From: an uncultured Gammaproteobacteria bacterium
Lineage (GTDB): Bacteria; Patescibacteriota; Microgenomatia; Levybacterales; UBA12049
Length of the DNA stretch: 64,000 nucleotides
Direction: 5' to 3'
Assembly (NCBI GenBank): GCA_964521295.1
Contig: CAZFRF010000001.1
Location: 140,675-204,674, forward strand
The notes under the pieces are model-generated. The model saw only the letters and a list, made by a program, of their open reading frames with translations, ran no database searches and was not told the origin of the DNA. Numbering within the stretch: position 1 is the stretch's first letter; each line of letters begins with the position of its first letter. The position numbers and the translations under genes were made by a program. Shown here piece after piece: positions 36,073 to 46,117 of the stretch.

Positions 36073-36807
36073 TTATGGATTTAAATATTCGTTTAATTTG
36101 GATAATTCTTCTGAATAAACATTTTGAACTATATCGTGTTCCCAAGGACTATGATCCTGGCCTTTTAGAATCATGTAGGGTTGATTTTTGGCTTTTACTA
36201 ATTTGATCACTTTTTCTCTTAAGTTCTCGTTTATGTATTTATCTTTTTCGCCATAAACTAGATGAATTCCACCGTTATATTCTTCCAAGCATTTAAAAAA
36301 TTTTGCGTTTCTTGCTTCTTGCCAAAATTTTCCTTTATATTGTTGACCAGCTTCTTCAAAAATTTCCTCACTGTTTCCTGAAAAATCTCCATCATTTACG
36401 CCCGGAACCCAAAGTAAGACACAAGGAATTTTATTTTTCAATTCTGGCTTCGCAGTTGCAATAATTACTGCTGCTGCTCCCATGCTTTGCCCAAGTAGTG
36501 CAACTTTATAATTTAGATTTAGATATTTTTTCGCGAAATAAACTATCGTACTAACCCATTCATCATATGAAACATCAATATAATCGCCATCAGAATTTCC
36601 ACTGTTTGGCAAATCAATTCTTAGAACTGAATAATTTTCATTATTTAAAATTCGTTGAAAATCTACAAATTGCCTTGCGGGACCAGTGCTATTGCCTCTA
36701 AAACCATGAATCATGATAATTATATTTTTTTGTTTTGTAGATATCGGCTCAGATAAATAACAGAAGATTTTTTTATTATTTATTAATTCAAAAAAAACTT
36801 TATCCAT
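36073..36807 (-). CDS. alpha/beta hydrolase
   Basis: HGFRGN and GQSMGAAAV (GxSxG) motifs. Confidence 0.55.
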   Translation of the reverse strand: MDKVFFELINNKKIFCYLSEPISTKQKNIIIMIHGFRGNSTGPARQFVDFQRILNNENYSVLRIDLPNSGNSDGDYIDVSYDEWVSTIVYFAKKYLNLNYKVALLGQSMGAAAVIIATAKPELKNKIPCVLLWVPGVNDGDFSGNSEEIFEEAGQQYKGKFWQEARNAKFFKCLEEYNGGIHLVYGEKDKYINENLREKVIKLVKAKNQPYMILKGQDHSPWEHDIVQNVYSEELSKLNEYLNP

Positions 36808-36855
36808 TAGTTAATTATATCAGAAGAAGTTGGGGCATCTGCAGAAGATCATAGG

Positions 36856-37329
36856 CTATTTTATCAATTCTAATATCTGATTTACTGTTTGCTCTGGGGA
36901 TTGATTAGAATTGTCTATTATTGTTCCAAAAGATGGATTATTAATGCCAATATTATAATGATATTTAATTCTTTCTCTCTCCCAGTTGTCTAGTTCTCTT
37001 GTTCCCCTATTTGTAATAGTTTTTTCAAGATTTGGATTAAAAGTAAATACAAACACTTTTATTCCCTCAAGATGTTTCATTAAGTATTTATAATTCTTTT
37101 CTGATAAAGGATATGTAACTATTACATTTAAATTTCTTTTAACGAAGTTTTTTATTAATGACGCTGTATTCTCAAGATTTATAGGAATTGCATCTTCCAA
37201 GGGCATCCAATCAATAAACTCTCTTAATCTATCAACTTCAATATGAGCTGTATTATTAATTTTCTTTAATAATATTTTTGCAACTGTAGATTTCCCAGAA
37301 TTTATAGAGCCGTTAAGAAATATAACCAT
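36856..37329 (-). CDS. P-loop NTPase/kinase-like small protein
   Basis: Walker A GSINSGKSTVAK at the N-terminus; 157 aa. Confidence 0.45.
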   Translation of the reverse strand: MVIFLNGSINSGKSTVAKILLKKINNTAHIEVDRLREFIDWMPLEDAIPINLENTASLIKNFVKRNLNVIVTYPLSEKNYKYLMKHLEGIKVFVFTFNPNLEKTITNRGTRELDNWERERIKYHYNIGINNPSFGTIIDNSNQSPEQTVNQILELIK

Positions 37330-37529
37330 ATATTTATTATAACAAATATATGACTTTGAGGCTAAGTTGCTGAGCGTTCTGGTTAAGCTCCTTTCAATCG
37401 TTATAATGAATCGGCTGCCTACGGTACTAGACTAGGTAGTAATGAGTAATGCCTAACCGAACCCATTTCATAGCTGAATAATTCCTGTGCCTTGCAGGAT
37501 TATTAAAAATTGACTATTCTATAATAGTA

Positions 37530-38981
37530 GTGAAGAAAATTCTCACATTTACTTTTGGATTTTTTCTCTTTGTTATATCAGCGAATTCCGCGCATGCCTT
37601 TTCTGGTTCAGGGGGAGGAACAAGTGATAGTCCCTATCTTATTACACGGTGTTCTCAATTTCTAGAAATAGCTAGTAACCTCTCCTCCTATTACAAACAA
37701 GCAAATGACATAGATTGTACAGGAACCAGCTTTTCGTCTATTTCGGGTAGTTTTGGGGGTACACTTGATGGGAATAACTATGCTATCAGCAATATCACCA
37801 TAACAGGAAAAGGCTTTTTCGAGAGTACCAACGATGCCGTTATTAAAAATGTTCGTCTTATAAGTGGATCAGTCACAAATGCAGGCTCACAAGTGGGGAG
37901 TTTGATTGGTGCCTCATCAGGCAATTTGACAGTTTCACACGTATCGTCTGCTTTAAATTTAAGCTCTACGGGCGATTCTGGCGGATTTATAGGAAGAGTT
38001 TTTGAAGCAACAGGAGATACCGTTCTCATTGAGAAATGTTCGTTCACAGGGAATATTACTACTTCTGACCTTGGTACTGCGGGAGGGATTATCGGATATG
38101 CTGCGGTAGGTAGTTCAAGTACTATTCCTAATGTGACAATTAGAGATTGTTATACATCTGGGACATATACGTCAGACTATATAATCGGCGGAATTATTGG
38201 TTATAGCGGTAGTAATCCAGAAAATACAGAAATTGTAAGTATTATTAACTCTTATAGTACGATGACAGCTGTAGGAAATAGTGCAGATTATGCAGGAGGG
38301 CTTGTCGGGTATCTTCCATGGGGACAAATAACTGATTCATTTGCAGCACCCACCTTTAGCGGAACGATTACATATAAAGGAGGAATAGCAGGATACTCTT
38401 CTCCAAGTGATGTTGATATATCTGGAGTATATTTTGATAGATATATTGCCGGAACAAGCAGTTGCGGAGGTACAGGGGGGACTCTCAGCTGTACTGCGGT
38501 AAATTCGGGAAATAGCAACCCGAATTATTTCAAAGGGGATAACACGAATGCACCCTTGAATTCATGGAATTTTACGGACATATGGCAGACAAGCATAGGG
38601 GGATATCCTACTCTTCGTGGATTTATTTCTCCCTCGTCGTCCGGGTTTTCATCTAGCTCTTCAAGTTCATCAACCTCATCGTCCTGCACCACACAAGCAC
38701 CTCTTTCTGCGCCAAACTTATTTCAGATGGCTGTTTCGAGAACTTCTGTGAATTTGTTTTTTGCACCGGTATCGGGCGCAAACTCATCCTATGTCATAAG
38801 TTATGGTTTTGATGAAAATGCTAATAACTTTGCTACTTCTTTTAATTACGGCTATTCAAGCGGGGTAATCTCTTACCAGATAAACTCTCTTTTTCCGGGA
38901 AAGTGGTATTTTAAAGTAAGAGGACAAAATGGCTGTATGCCAGGCGAGTGGTCTTTCGTTAAATCTATAAAAGTAATCTAA
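37530..38981 (+). CDS. secreted surface protein with GLUG-type Gly-rich repeats and a C-terminal fibronectin-III-like domain
   Basis: Signal peptide, repeated GGIIGY / GGLVGY / GGIAGY motifs, a Ser-run linker (SSSSSSSSTSSS), and a C-terminal beta-rich domain with W/Y pattern. Confidence 0.45.
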   Translation: MKKILTFTFGFFLFVISANSAHAFSGSGGGTSDSPYLITRCSQFLEIASNLSSYYKQANDIDCTGTSFSSISGSFGGTLDGNNYAISNITITGKGFFESTNDAVIKNVRLISGSVTNAGSQVGSLIGASSGNLTVSHVSSALNLSSTGDSGGFIGRVFEATGDTVLIEKCSFTGNITTSDLGTAGGIIGYAAVGSSSTIPNVTIRDCYTSGTYTSDYIIGGIIGYSGSNPENTEIVSIINSYSTMTAVGNSADYAGGLVGYLPWGQITDSFAAPTFSGTITYKGGIAGYSSPSDVDISGVYFDRYIAGTSSCGGTGGTLSCTAVNSGNSNPNYFKGDNTNAPLNSWNFTDIWQTSIGGYPTLRGFISPSSSGFSSSSSSSSTSSSCTTQAPLSAPNLFQMAVSRTSVNLFFAPVSGANSSYVISYGFDENANNFATSFNYGYSSGVISYQINSLFPGKWYFKVRGQNGCMPGEWSFVKSIKVI

Positions 38982-39168
38982 CTGCCTTCACTTCGATTTC
39001 TATAAAAGTGTCTTAGAAATAAATAACATTTATGCATTTTTTTCCTCTAATAAATTGGGTTCTAACCCGTAAATAATTAGGGTGAAATATAAGAAAAGAT
39101 ACCGTACCCATATTATTCAGGATTTGAGGATGTGAATCATAAGGGCCGCGTTGTGATGCTGCCCGTCT

Positions 39169-39242
39169 TGGCTGCCGAGCCTGGATTCGAACCAGAATAA
39201 ACGGATCCAAAGTCCGTTGTCCTACCATTAGACGACTCGGCA
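39169..39242 (-). tRNA. tRNA-Gln (UUG), CCA encoded
   Basis: Minus-strand tgccgagtcgtctaatggtaggac...ctttgga...ttcgaatccaggctcggcagcca has U1-A72 and G73, typical of bacterial tRNA-Gln. Confidence 0.85.
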
Positions 39243-39256
39243 ATGTAATGTATATT

Positions 39257-40783
39257 TTACCAAATCTTGAAGCTCTTTAATAGTTTCTTGAGTTGTTCAT
39301 TGTTATCCTCGCTTTTTTGAATAACAAAAGTTTGATTTGTTAATCTTCTATTTTTATTTAAAGCAAATAAATATATCTCACTATTTGGCCCTAGAACTCT
39401 TATGTAACTAAAGTTATTTCTGTACTTCCCTATCTCTTTCTCATATCCTTTGCAGTCTGTTACGCAGGTATAAATATAGAAATTATATTTATCTTTATAT
39501 AACTCTAAATTTGTTGTTTTAGTTACTTCCCAGTTAATTAAAAATGGATACCACAATAAATCAGTATCAATAACATCTCCGCTATTGATTCCAATCTTTT
39601 CATATCTTGGAATAAAACTTGCAACCTTTTGCGCTAGATTATATCTATATACATTTGCTCTATTTTGATTGTTTTTAATAATTGAAATTCCAATTAGATA
39701 AATAACTGAAAACAGAAAAATAAGTAAGATGAATAAATATTTTTTGTCTTCTATTAATTTAAAGATAAATAAGGAGAAGTTAAACGTTATAAAAGGAATA
39801 AAATAATAGATTAAATAGTAATGCGTATATGACGCCTGCATATATAAAAAGACGTGAATGATTGGAAAGATAAGTAAAGCAAGGAGTATGGAATTTTGTT
39901 TAGATAATTTTTTAAACCTTGTTTTAAATATCTGAAAAAGTGAAATTAAAATTATTAAAGGATTAAAATAAATAAGTATTCTGGTAAAAAGAGTTGTAAT
40001 CCAAACAACAGGCCAAAGTTTTAAATCTAAAAGCCCCGTAAATCCTCTATGAAGTAGAGCAAATCTTAAATCACTAAAGCCATTATTGAATACATAAATA
40101 TAAATTAAAGAAAATATTAAAACAACTAAAGTTGTAAACACTAAATACAACCAAGGTTTAATATTTTTATATGTTTTAAATATAGGAAAAAGTGCAAAGA
40201 CAAAAATAATAGTTGGCCAGTCGCTCAAGAGTCCCAGGATAAGTGAAACGATACTTAATATTAAATATATTTTTCTTTTAGTAGTTAAAAAATCTAAACT
40301 AAAATTTAATGTTAATAGGCAAAAGAAAAGAACTAATGCTTCTTGACCAATCATTTTGCCAAAAAGACTACTTGCTGGGATAAGTGAATAGATAAATACA
40401 GAAATAATTGCTAATTTTTGTTTATTAAATATTTTTAATGCCAGTTTGTATATTAAAAATAAAGAACCCAAAGAATATAAAATGACAGTCAGTCTTCCTA
40501 CCCAAAATTGTTCTCCGAATATTTTAAAAAGCAATGATTCAGAAAATGACAAAAATGTCGGATGGTGAAAAAAGTAGCTTGGATTTTGAGGGAAAGTACT
40601 ACTTACTGATATTAGCGGAGTTAGTTTTGTTTCTAAGTACCCAAATTGATTAAAATTATGAGCAATTAAGGAATAGACAGTAAAATTAGTAGCGTTTGGC
40701 CCAACAAAAGGAAGATTAATGTCTTTAAAAATAAATAGCGAGAAAAAAAGAAATGCAATAATAATTAATAACTTCTGCTTCAT
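39257..40783 (-). CDS. polytopic membrane glycosyltransferase, ArnT/PMT (GT39/GT83)-like
   Basis: 508 aa with more than 10 TM helices; its N-terminal region is typical of dolichyl/undecaprenyl-phosphate-sugar-dependent transferases. Confidence 0.45.
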   Translation of the reverse strand: MKQKLLIIIAFLFFSLFIFKDINLPFVGPNATNFTVYSLIAHNFNQFGYLETKLTPLISVSSTFPQNPSYFFHHPTFLSFSESLLFKIFGEQFWVGRLTVILYSLGSLFLIYKLALKIFNKQKLAIISVFIYSLIPASSLFGKMIGQEALVLFFCLLTLNFSLDFLTTKRKIYLILSIVSLILGLLSDWPTIIFVFALFPIFKTYKNIKPWLYLVFTTLVVLIFSLIYIYVFNNGFSDLRFALLHRGFTGLLDLKLWPVVWITTLFTRILIYFNPLIILISLFQIFKTRFKKLSKQNSILLALLIFPIIHVFLYMQASYTHYYLIYYFIPFITFNFSLFIFKLIEDKKYLFILLIFLFSVIYLIGISIIKNNQNRANVYRYNLAQKVASFIPRYEKIGINSGDVIDTDLLWYPFLINWEVTKTTNLELYKDKYNFYIYTCVTDCKGYEKEIGKYRNNFSYIRVLGPNSEIYLFALNKNRRLTNQTFVIQKSEDNNEQLKKLLKSFKIW

Positions 40784-40853
40784 AAATTTAAAACATCATA
40801 GCAAAACAATATTCTTGCTTCAAGGAATTTAAAAATTTAGTAAAATATTTCTT

Positions 40854-41813
40854 GTGAAGAAAATTATCTTTTCCATCTTTGTAATAGTAACTCTTCTTTT
40901 TTCCTTTTTATATTTTGTATTTTTTACAGATTCAAAAAACGAATCTACAGTTGTTTCTCCTGTTCCTGATTTTTTAAGCATTCTAAATAATAAACAAGTT
41001 TCCACCTTGTCTTTATGGCTGCCTGCTCTAGAGACAATATTTTTTTCAAGCTCTAAGGTTCCAGAAGTTAGTGCTAAAGCTGCCTTAATTTATGACATAA
41101 CCAACAAAAAAGTAATTTATGAGAAAAACCCCAAAGAAAAATTACCCATGGCCTCGCTTACAAAAATAATGACAGCAATCGTTGCTTTGGAAAATCCCAG
41201 AAAGGATGATAGGTATTTAGTAAAATCTGAAGATTTGGTTGGTGAAGATTCGATGGGACTTACTGTAAATGAAGAATTAAATCTTGAAGAGCTATTGTAC
41301 GGAATGATTTTGCATAGTGGAAACGATGCCGCTGAAGTACTTGCCTCTAATTATAATAATGGACGCATAGCTTTTATTAAGGCTATGAATGATAAGGCAA
41401 AATCTTTAGGGCTTAAAGATACTAATTTTACAAATCCATCCGGACTTGAAGGAGATGGAGATCAATATACTACTACTTATGATTTAATGGTCATTACTAG
41501 ATATGCTTTGGTTAATTTTCCTCTTTTTGCAAAAGTATCGGCAACTTTTGAACAAACTATTCCCCAAACAGAAACCCATAAAGCTTTTTTTCTTGAAAAT
41601 GAAACAAATTTAATTTCTAGCTATCCAGGCGTTAAAGGTGTTAAAACCGGATTTACTCCTGAAGCTGGATATTGCTTAGTTACCTACCTAGATTATAAAG
41701 GCAATAAGTTGATTGGGGTTTTGCTTGGTAGTGAAAATAGAAGACAAGAAATGAAAGATTTATTGGATTATTCCTTAAAATCCTTAGGCATTACTCCCCC
41801 AGCTCACTTGTAG
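40854..41813 (+). CDS. D-alanyl-D-alanine carboxypeptidase (S11 peptidase, PBP5/6-like)
   Basis: SxxK (ASLTKIMT), SGN (HSGND) and KTG (VKTGFT) motifs; N-terminal TM/signal segment. Confidence 0.8.
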   Translation: MKKIIFSIFVIVTLLFSFLYFVFFTDSKNESTVVSPVPDFLSILNNKQVSTLSLWLPALETIFFSSSKVPEVSAKAALIYDITNKKVIYEKNPKEKLPMASLTKIMTAIVALENPRKDDRYLVKSEDLVGEDSMGLTVNEELNLEELLYGMILHSGNDAAEVLASNYNNGRIAFIKAMNDKAKSLGLKDTNFTNPSGLEGDGDQYTTTYDLMVITRYALVNFPLFAKVSATFEQTIPQTETHKAFFLENETNLISSYPGVKGVKTGFTPEAGYCLVTYLDYKGNKLIGVLLGSENRRQEMKDLLDYSLKSLGITPPAHL

Positions 41814-41907
41814 CTAGTTATTGAATATATTAGCTTTGTAGAGTAAAATTAGAGTACGTCAGTCTCGACCAACTTGTCCCACGTTTACGTGGGTCGAGTC
41901 TAGACGA

Positions 41908-41995
41908 GCCGTGGTGGTGGAATGGCAGACACGAGGGCCTTAAGAGCCTTTGTCTTTAATAGGACGTGAGAGTTCGACTCTCTCCCGCGGCACCA
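41908..41995 (+). tRNA. tRNA-Leu (UAA), CCA encoded
   Basis: Acceptor gccgtgg/ccgcggc, anticodon loop CTTAAGA, long variable arm. Confidence 0.8.
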
Positions 41996-42009
41996 CATCT
42001 TTTATTTTT

Positions 42010-42082
42010 CGGGGAGTGGCTCAGTTGGTAGAGCGCGCGGTTTGGGACCGTGAGGTCGGAGGTTCGAGTCCTCTTTCCCCGA
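42010..42082 (+). tRNA. tRNA-Pro (UGG)
   Basis: cggggagtggctcagttggtagagc..., anticodon loop TTTGGGA, T-loop TTCGAGT. Confidence 0.8.
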
Positions 42083-42084
42083 CA

Positions 42085-42444
42085 TTATTTCTTGAAATAC
42101 TTTTTGGCTTCATTTAAATCTTGATTCATTTGTTCGATTAATTCTTTTTCAGATTTAAACTTTATATTAACTCGTATTTTTTTAATCAGTAAAAGTGAAA
42201 TATACTTTCCATAAACTGATTTATTAAAATCCAATATATATGTTTCAGCTTTTACTTTTGTTTCATTAAAGGTTGTGGCATTGCCAATAAAAGTTAAAGA
42301 ATTATATTTTTTACCATTGATCTTAGTTTGCGAAATATATATTCCTTGCTCTATATTTTTATTTAGCTTAGTGTTTGCAGTTGGGTATCCAAATGCTCTT
42401 CCCCTACTATTTCCTTTCCTTACTTTTCCTCTTAATTTAATCAT
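42085..42444 (-). CDS. monofunctional riboflavin kinase (RibF C-terminal-domain type)
   Basis: 119 aa; GRAFGYPTAN motif and the flavokinase beta-barrel pattern. Confidence 0.65.
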   Translation of the reverse strand: MIKLRGKVRKGNSRGRAFGYPTANTKLNKNIEQGIYISQTKINGKKYNSLTFIGNATTFNETKVKAETYILDFNKSVYGKYISLLLIKKIRVNIKFKSEKELIEQMNQDLNEAKKYFKK

Positions 42445-42944
42445 CTTAAAAATCTAGCGACACTTCTTTTGGCATCAGCAATGTCGTAATAGGCACAAAG
42501 CTTAAATTGAGGGTCTATCACTCCTTTGACCATTGCCGATAAGGTTTGTAAGTTGTCATGATGGACTAAAGTTAGAATTGGAGTAAGATTAAGACCTCTT
42601 TCGGGTTTTGACAACGCTCTTTCAAGTTCCATTCCTACCCCTATACTTGGTCCATCAACAACTGCAACAAGATGAGTTGCTTCATCAACCCATTGTAAAT
42701 CCATTTTTCGATACGCTTGGTCTCTTTCAAGTTCGGTTGTTGGAAAAAGTCCTGAGTTTTCTAGAAACTTATTTAATCTTTCCGTAGGATCTTTAATGAC
42801 TACATGTTCATCGAGTACAGTTGCTCCGCCTACTTGCATTGCCTTAACTAGTTGTGGTCCTAAATCAGGATTTGTAACTTGACCCCTTACTCCAACTGAA
42901 AAATATACTTTTTTCCCCTCAAATGGTAATTCTGGGTTTGCCAT
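42441..42944 (-). CDS. DNPH1/Rcl-like 2'-deoxynucleoside 5'-phosphate N-hydrolase / nucleoside 2-deoxyribosyltransferase-fold protein
   Basis: YFSVGVRGQ, LDEHV and DLQWVDEATHLVAVVDGPSIGVGMELERA align with the DNPH1 signature (YFCGSIRGG...DLEWLQQADVVVAEVTQPSLGVGYELGRA). G+C-rich. Confidence 0.55.
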   Translation of the reverse strand: MANPELPFEGKKVYFSVGVRGQVTNPDLGPQLVKAMQVGGATVLDEHVVIKDPTERLNKFLENSGLFPTTELERDQAYRKMDLQWVDEATHLVAVVDGPSIGVGMELERALSKPERGLNLTPILTLVHHDNLQTLSAMVKGVIDPQFKLCAYYDIADAKRSVARFLR

Positions 42945-43023
42945 GTTTTGAATAATAATGTTTTTAAGCTATTTTTGCAATAAAGTTGAGCAATCTAAAA
43001 AGTTTTAGTATAATTAACTAGTT

Positions 43024-43094
43024 GCGGGTGTAGTTCAATGGTAGAACACAACTTTTCCAAAGTTGATACGAGAGTTCGATTCTCTTCACCCGCT
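43024..43094 (+). tRNA. tRNA-Gly (UCC)
   Basis: gcgggtgtagttcaatggtagaac..., anticodon loop TTTCCAA. Confidence 0.8.
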
Positions 43095-43927
43095 CATATT
43101 ATTGATAAGGTAATTCTAATCGCCTCGTAGAATCCAAATATTCCAATACCTAGAAAAGCTAATCCTCCACCAATTAAAACTATTGGATGTTTAACAATTT
43201 TTAATGTAATTTTAGGAATTAAAAATAAGCCTATTGTCAAAAGCATATGGCCAAACATTACTCCAAGTGTAAAACCAAAAACATTAACATGTCCAAATAC
43301 TGGAATATATCCAGCAAAATCATTAATTCCCAAGACAAACGGAATAGTGAAAGAAAAAATAATAAGATTTATAAAAGATAGCTTTTTAGTTCTCGTTAAA
43401 TTTAAATCAGGAACAAAAAATTTAAGTAATGGTCTAAATAAATTATTTACCAAATCTAATTGGTTTTGCAAAAGGTTAACAGGCATTCTAATTTTAATAA
43501 AACTCTTTTTTTGTTTTAAGAATAATTCAAAACTTTCTTCAGATAGTTTAAGAAGAATTATGCTTGATAGAAGGATTGAAAGAATCATTAAGATATGGAT
43601 TTCTTTAAATAGTGTCCAAGCTATTAGTACGAGAAATGTTCCAAAGGCATTACCTATCGAGGTGCCAATTGCGATTGCAATTTTTTTCTTCCAGCCAGGA
43701 TTAGTATGCATCAGATTGCCCATAAAAATTGCAAAATCTATAGCAGTTTTTAAAAAGATTAAAATTCCGAATAGAAGTTCTCTTTTACGAAAATCTAAAA
43801 TTATTGGGAATTGAAGATTTAATGAGTCTAGGATAAGTAGTACTCCGTATAAACATGTCGAGAGAATAAAAAAAGTAAAAAAACTTAAAAGTACAGGAAT
43901 AAACTTTTCAATAATATGTTTATGCAT
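43094..43927 (-). CDS. polytopic membrane protein (277 aa)
   Basis: Very hydrophobic, about 8 TM helices; no family recognised. Confidence 0.3.
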   Translation of the reverse strand: MHKHIIEKFIPVLLSFFTFFILSTCLYGVLLILDSLNLQFPIILDFRKRELLFGILIFLKTAIDFAIFMGNLMHTNPGWKKKIAIAIGTSIGNAFGTFLVLIAWTLFKEIHILMILSILLSSIILLKLSEESFELFLKQKKSFIKIRMPVNLLQNQLDLVNNLFRPLLKFFVPDLNLTRTKKLSFINLIIFSFTIPFVLGINDFAGYIPVFGHVNVFGFTLGVMFGHMLLTIGLFLIPKITLKIVKHPIVLIGGGLAFLGIGIFGFYEAIRITLSII

Positions 43928-43990
43928 TTATATTTGGATAAATTCAACTTGATTATACAACAAAAGGCAAAAAAGTAGTAAAATATTTGG

Positions 43991-44920
43991 GTGGAAATAT
44001 TATCTATAGTTTTAATTATTGCAGGGCTGGTTTTATTCGAAGTAATTTCGAGTATCGACAACGCCATTATTAACGCTGAAGTCCTTTCTACGATGAAGGC
44101 AAAGGCAAGGCGTTGGTTTCTTTTTTGGGGAATACTGTCTTCAGTTTTTCTAGTTAGAGGCTTACTTCCTTGGCTTATTGTTTGGGTAGTTAATCCAGGT
44201 CTTGGACCAATTGGTGCTTTAATGGCTTCGTTTAGTAGTGATCCTGCTGTCGTTGAATCAATTGAAAGATCTGCTCCAATTCTTTTAATAGGAGGAGGGG
44301 TATTTTTACTTTTCCTCTTTTTACATTGGTTTTTCGTTGAGCCAAAACATTATGGACTTAGAGGTGAGGCATTTGTTCATAGGCATGGTGTTTGGTTTTA
44401 TGCGGTAGTTTCTGTACTTCTTACTGTAATTGTTTGGGCAGCTTTGCAAAAAGATCCCAATCTGGCTTTAGGTGCAGTTGTTGGTTCAACTGTCTTTTTT
44501 ATTACAAATGGATTTAAGCAAAACGCTGAAGAGCAAGAGAAAAAACTAATGGGATCAGGTAAATCTGATATTGCTAAAATATTCTATCTTGAAGCAATTG
44601 ATGCAACTTTTTCCATAGATGGAGTTTTAGGTGCATTTGCCTTTACCTTAATAGTTCCGTTAATTTTTCTTGGAAATGGAATCGGAGCAATAGTTGTAAG
44701 ACAAATTACAATTTCAAATATAGATAGGATTAAAAAGTATATTTATCTCAAAAACGGAGCTATGTATTCTATACTTTTCTTAGGAGCAATAATGCTTGTA
44801 GATAGCTTTGGATATCATATTCCAAGTTGGTTCTCCCCTGTTACTACTTTCGCAATTGTCGGCTATTTCTTCTTTAAATCTAAAAGATTTGCCAACATGG
44901 CAGGCTTAGACTCGAAATAA
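43991..44920 (+). CDS. TerC/DUF475-family integral membrane protein
   Basis: N-terminal SIDNAI motif and several TM helices. Confidence 0.45.
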   Translation: MEILSIVLIIAGLVLFEVISSIDNAIINAEVLSTMKAKARRWFLFWGILSSVFLVRGLLPWLIVWVVNPGLGPIGALMASFSSDPAVVESIERSAPILLIGGGVFLLFLFLHWFFVEPKHYGLRGEAFVHRHGVWFYAVVSVLLTVIVWAALQKDPNLALGAVVGSTVFFITNGFKQNAEEQEKKLMGSGKSDIAKIFYLEAIDATFSIDGVLGAFAFTLIVPLIFLGNGIGAIVVRQITISNIDRIKKYIYLKNGAMYSILFLGAIMLVDSFGYHIPSWFSPVTTFAIVGYFFFKSKRFANMAGLDSK

Positions 44921-44949
44921 TTTAGGTTTTTTGGTAAAATACACGTATT

Positions 44950-45022
44950 GGCCCGGTAGCTCAACGGATAGAGCGAGTGCGTTCTAAGCACCAGGTTGGG
45001 GGTTCGATTCCCTCCCGGGTCA
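44950..45022 (+). tRNA. tRNA-Arg (UCU)
   Basis: Acceptor ggcccgg/ccgggtc, anticodon loop GTTCTAA, T-loop TTCGATT. Confidence 0.7.
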
Positions 45023-45027
45023 CATTT

Positions 45028-46116
45028 TTATCTTTTCCCCTCTTTTTCAATAAATTCTTTTAGTACTTTATAAAAGAGATTTAAACTTTTTATATCAATC
45101 CACTCTTTTTCACTATGTAAATTACCTCCCTTTGGTCTAGTTAAAATTACAGGAATATTTTTTTCTACGAAAAATCTAGCGTCTGATGAGCCATGCGAAT
45201 TGATAAATCCAGTTTTTATTTTATTTTTAGATAAAATTTCTAAAAAAGATTTTAAAAATTTATCACTTTTATCGATTTTATAACTTACACCTTTAGTTTT
45301 AATTTCAATATCAATATTTTTAAATTTTCTCTTAATATTCTTAATCCTTTTAAAAACTTCTTTAAAATTAGTATCAGGTGTAAATCTAATGTCTATCCCC
45401 GCTTCAGCATAATTAGGAACTTGATTGGTAGCATTGCCACCAGAAATCTTACCAATATTTAAGGTTGTGTGATAATGTTTCGGATCATTGCATGGTTCAT
45501 TATTGAATTCATTTCTTAGGTCTAAAAGAAAGTCTGTCAAATTATTGATAGCATTCTTGCCAAGCCATACTCTTGCTCCATGAGCTGAAATTCCTTTACT
45601 TTTAACAACAATTGAGATTGCGCCTTTAGCACTTTCTTCAATTGTCCAATTTTCTCCCCCATCAGGAATAATTGCTAATTTAGACGAGTAACCACTTTCA
45701 AGTATTTTACTTGTACCATTGAATCCTCCAATTTCTTCATCGCTAACAAGCATAATTCCGAAGTCATATTGTTTTAAATTTTTATTTATATCTTTTAATA
45801 GAAAAATATAGCTAGCTACTGCAAATTTCATATCAAATACTCCTCTACCAATTAATTTATTACCTATAATTTTTGGAGCAAACATTTTATCTGATCCAGC
45901 AACTACATCGACGTGACCATTCAGCCAGATTTTCGGAGTTTTGGTTTTACGAGTTGTTATTAAAAGAGCTGAGTGATTATTTGATTTAAATAAAGTTGTA
46001 AATACTGGTAAATTGCTAATTTCATTTTTTATCCATAACAAAGCTTTCTCATTTTCATGAGTATCATTAGTTATAGTTTTAAATTCAACTAGTGTTTTTA
46101 ATAAATCATCTAACAT
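45028..46116 (-). CDS. M20-family metallopeptidase (ArgE/DapE/carboxypeptidase-like)
   Basis: HVDVV metal-binding region, GVFDMK, the catalytic-Glu region DEEIGG, and a C-terminal His (NSHGSSD). Confidence 0.65.
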   Translation of the reverse strand: MLDDLLKTLVEFKTITNDTHENEKALLWIKNEISNLPVFTTLFKSNNHSALLITTRKTKTPKIWLNGHVDVVAGSDKMFAPKIIGNKLIGRGVFDMKFAVASYIFLLKDINKNLKQYDFGIMLVSDEEIGGFNGTSKILESGYSSKLAIIPDGGENWTIEESAKGAISIVVKSKGISAHGARVWLGKNAINNLTDFLLDLRNEFNNEPCNDPKHYHTTLNIGKISGGNATNQVPNYAEAGIDIRFTPDTNFKEVFKRIKNIKRKFKNIDIEIKTKGVSYKIDKSDKFLKSFLEILSKNKIKTGFINSHGSSDARFFVEKNIPVILTRPKGGNLHSEKEWIDIKSLNLFYKVLKEFIEKEGKR

Positions 46117-46117
46117 A

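Noticed and set aside
41813-41907. Nested palindrome (cccacg-ttta-cgtggg within ctcgacc...ggtcgag) between the dacA-like gene and tRNA-Leu (UAA)
   Set aside because: It is probably just the dacA terminator or a tRNA-upstream structure. There is no T-run and no second copy, so it is not reported as a separate element.
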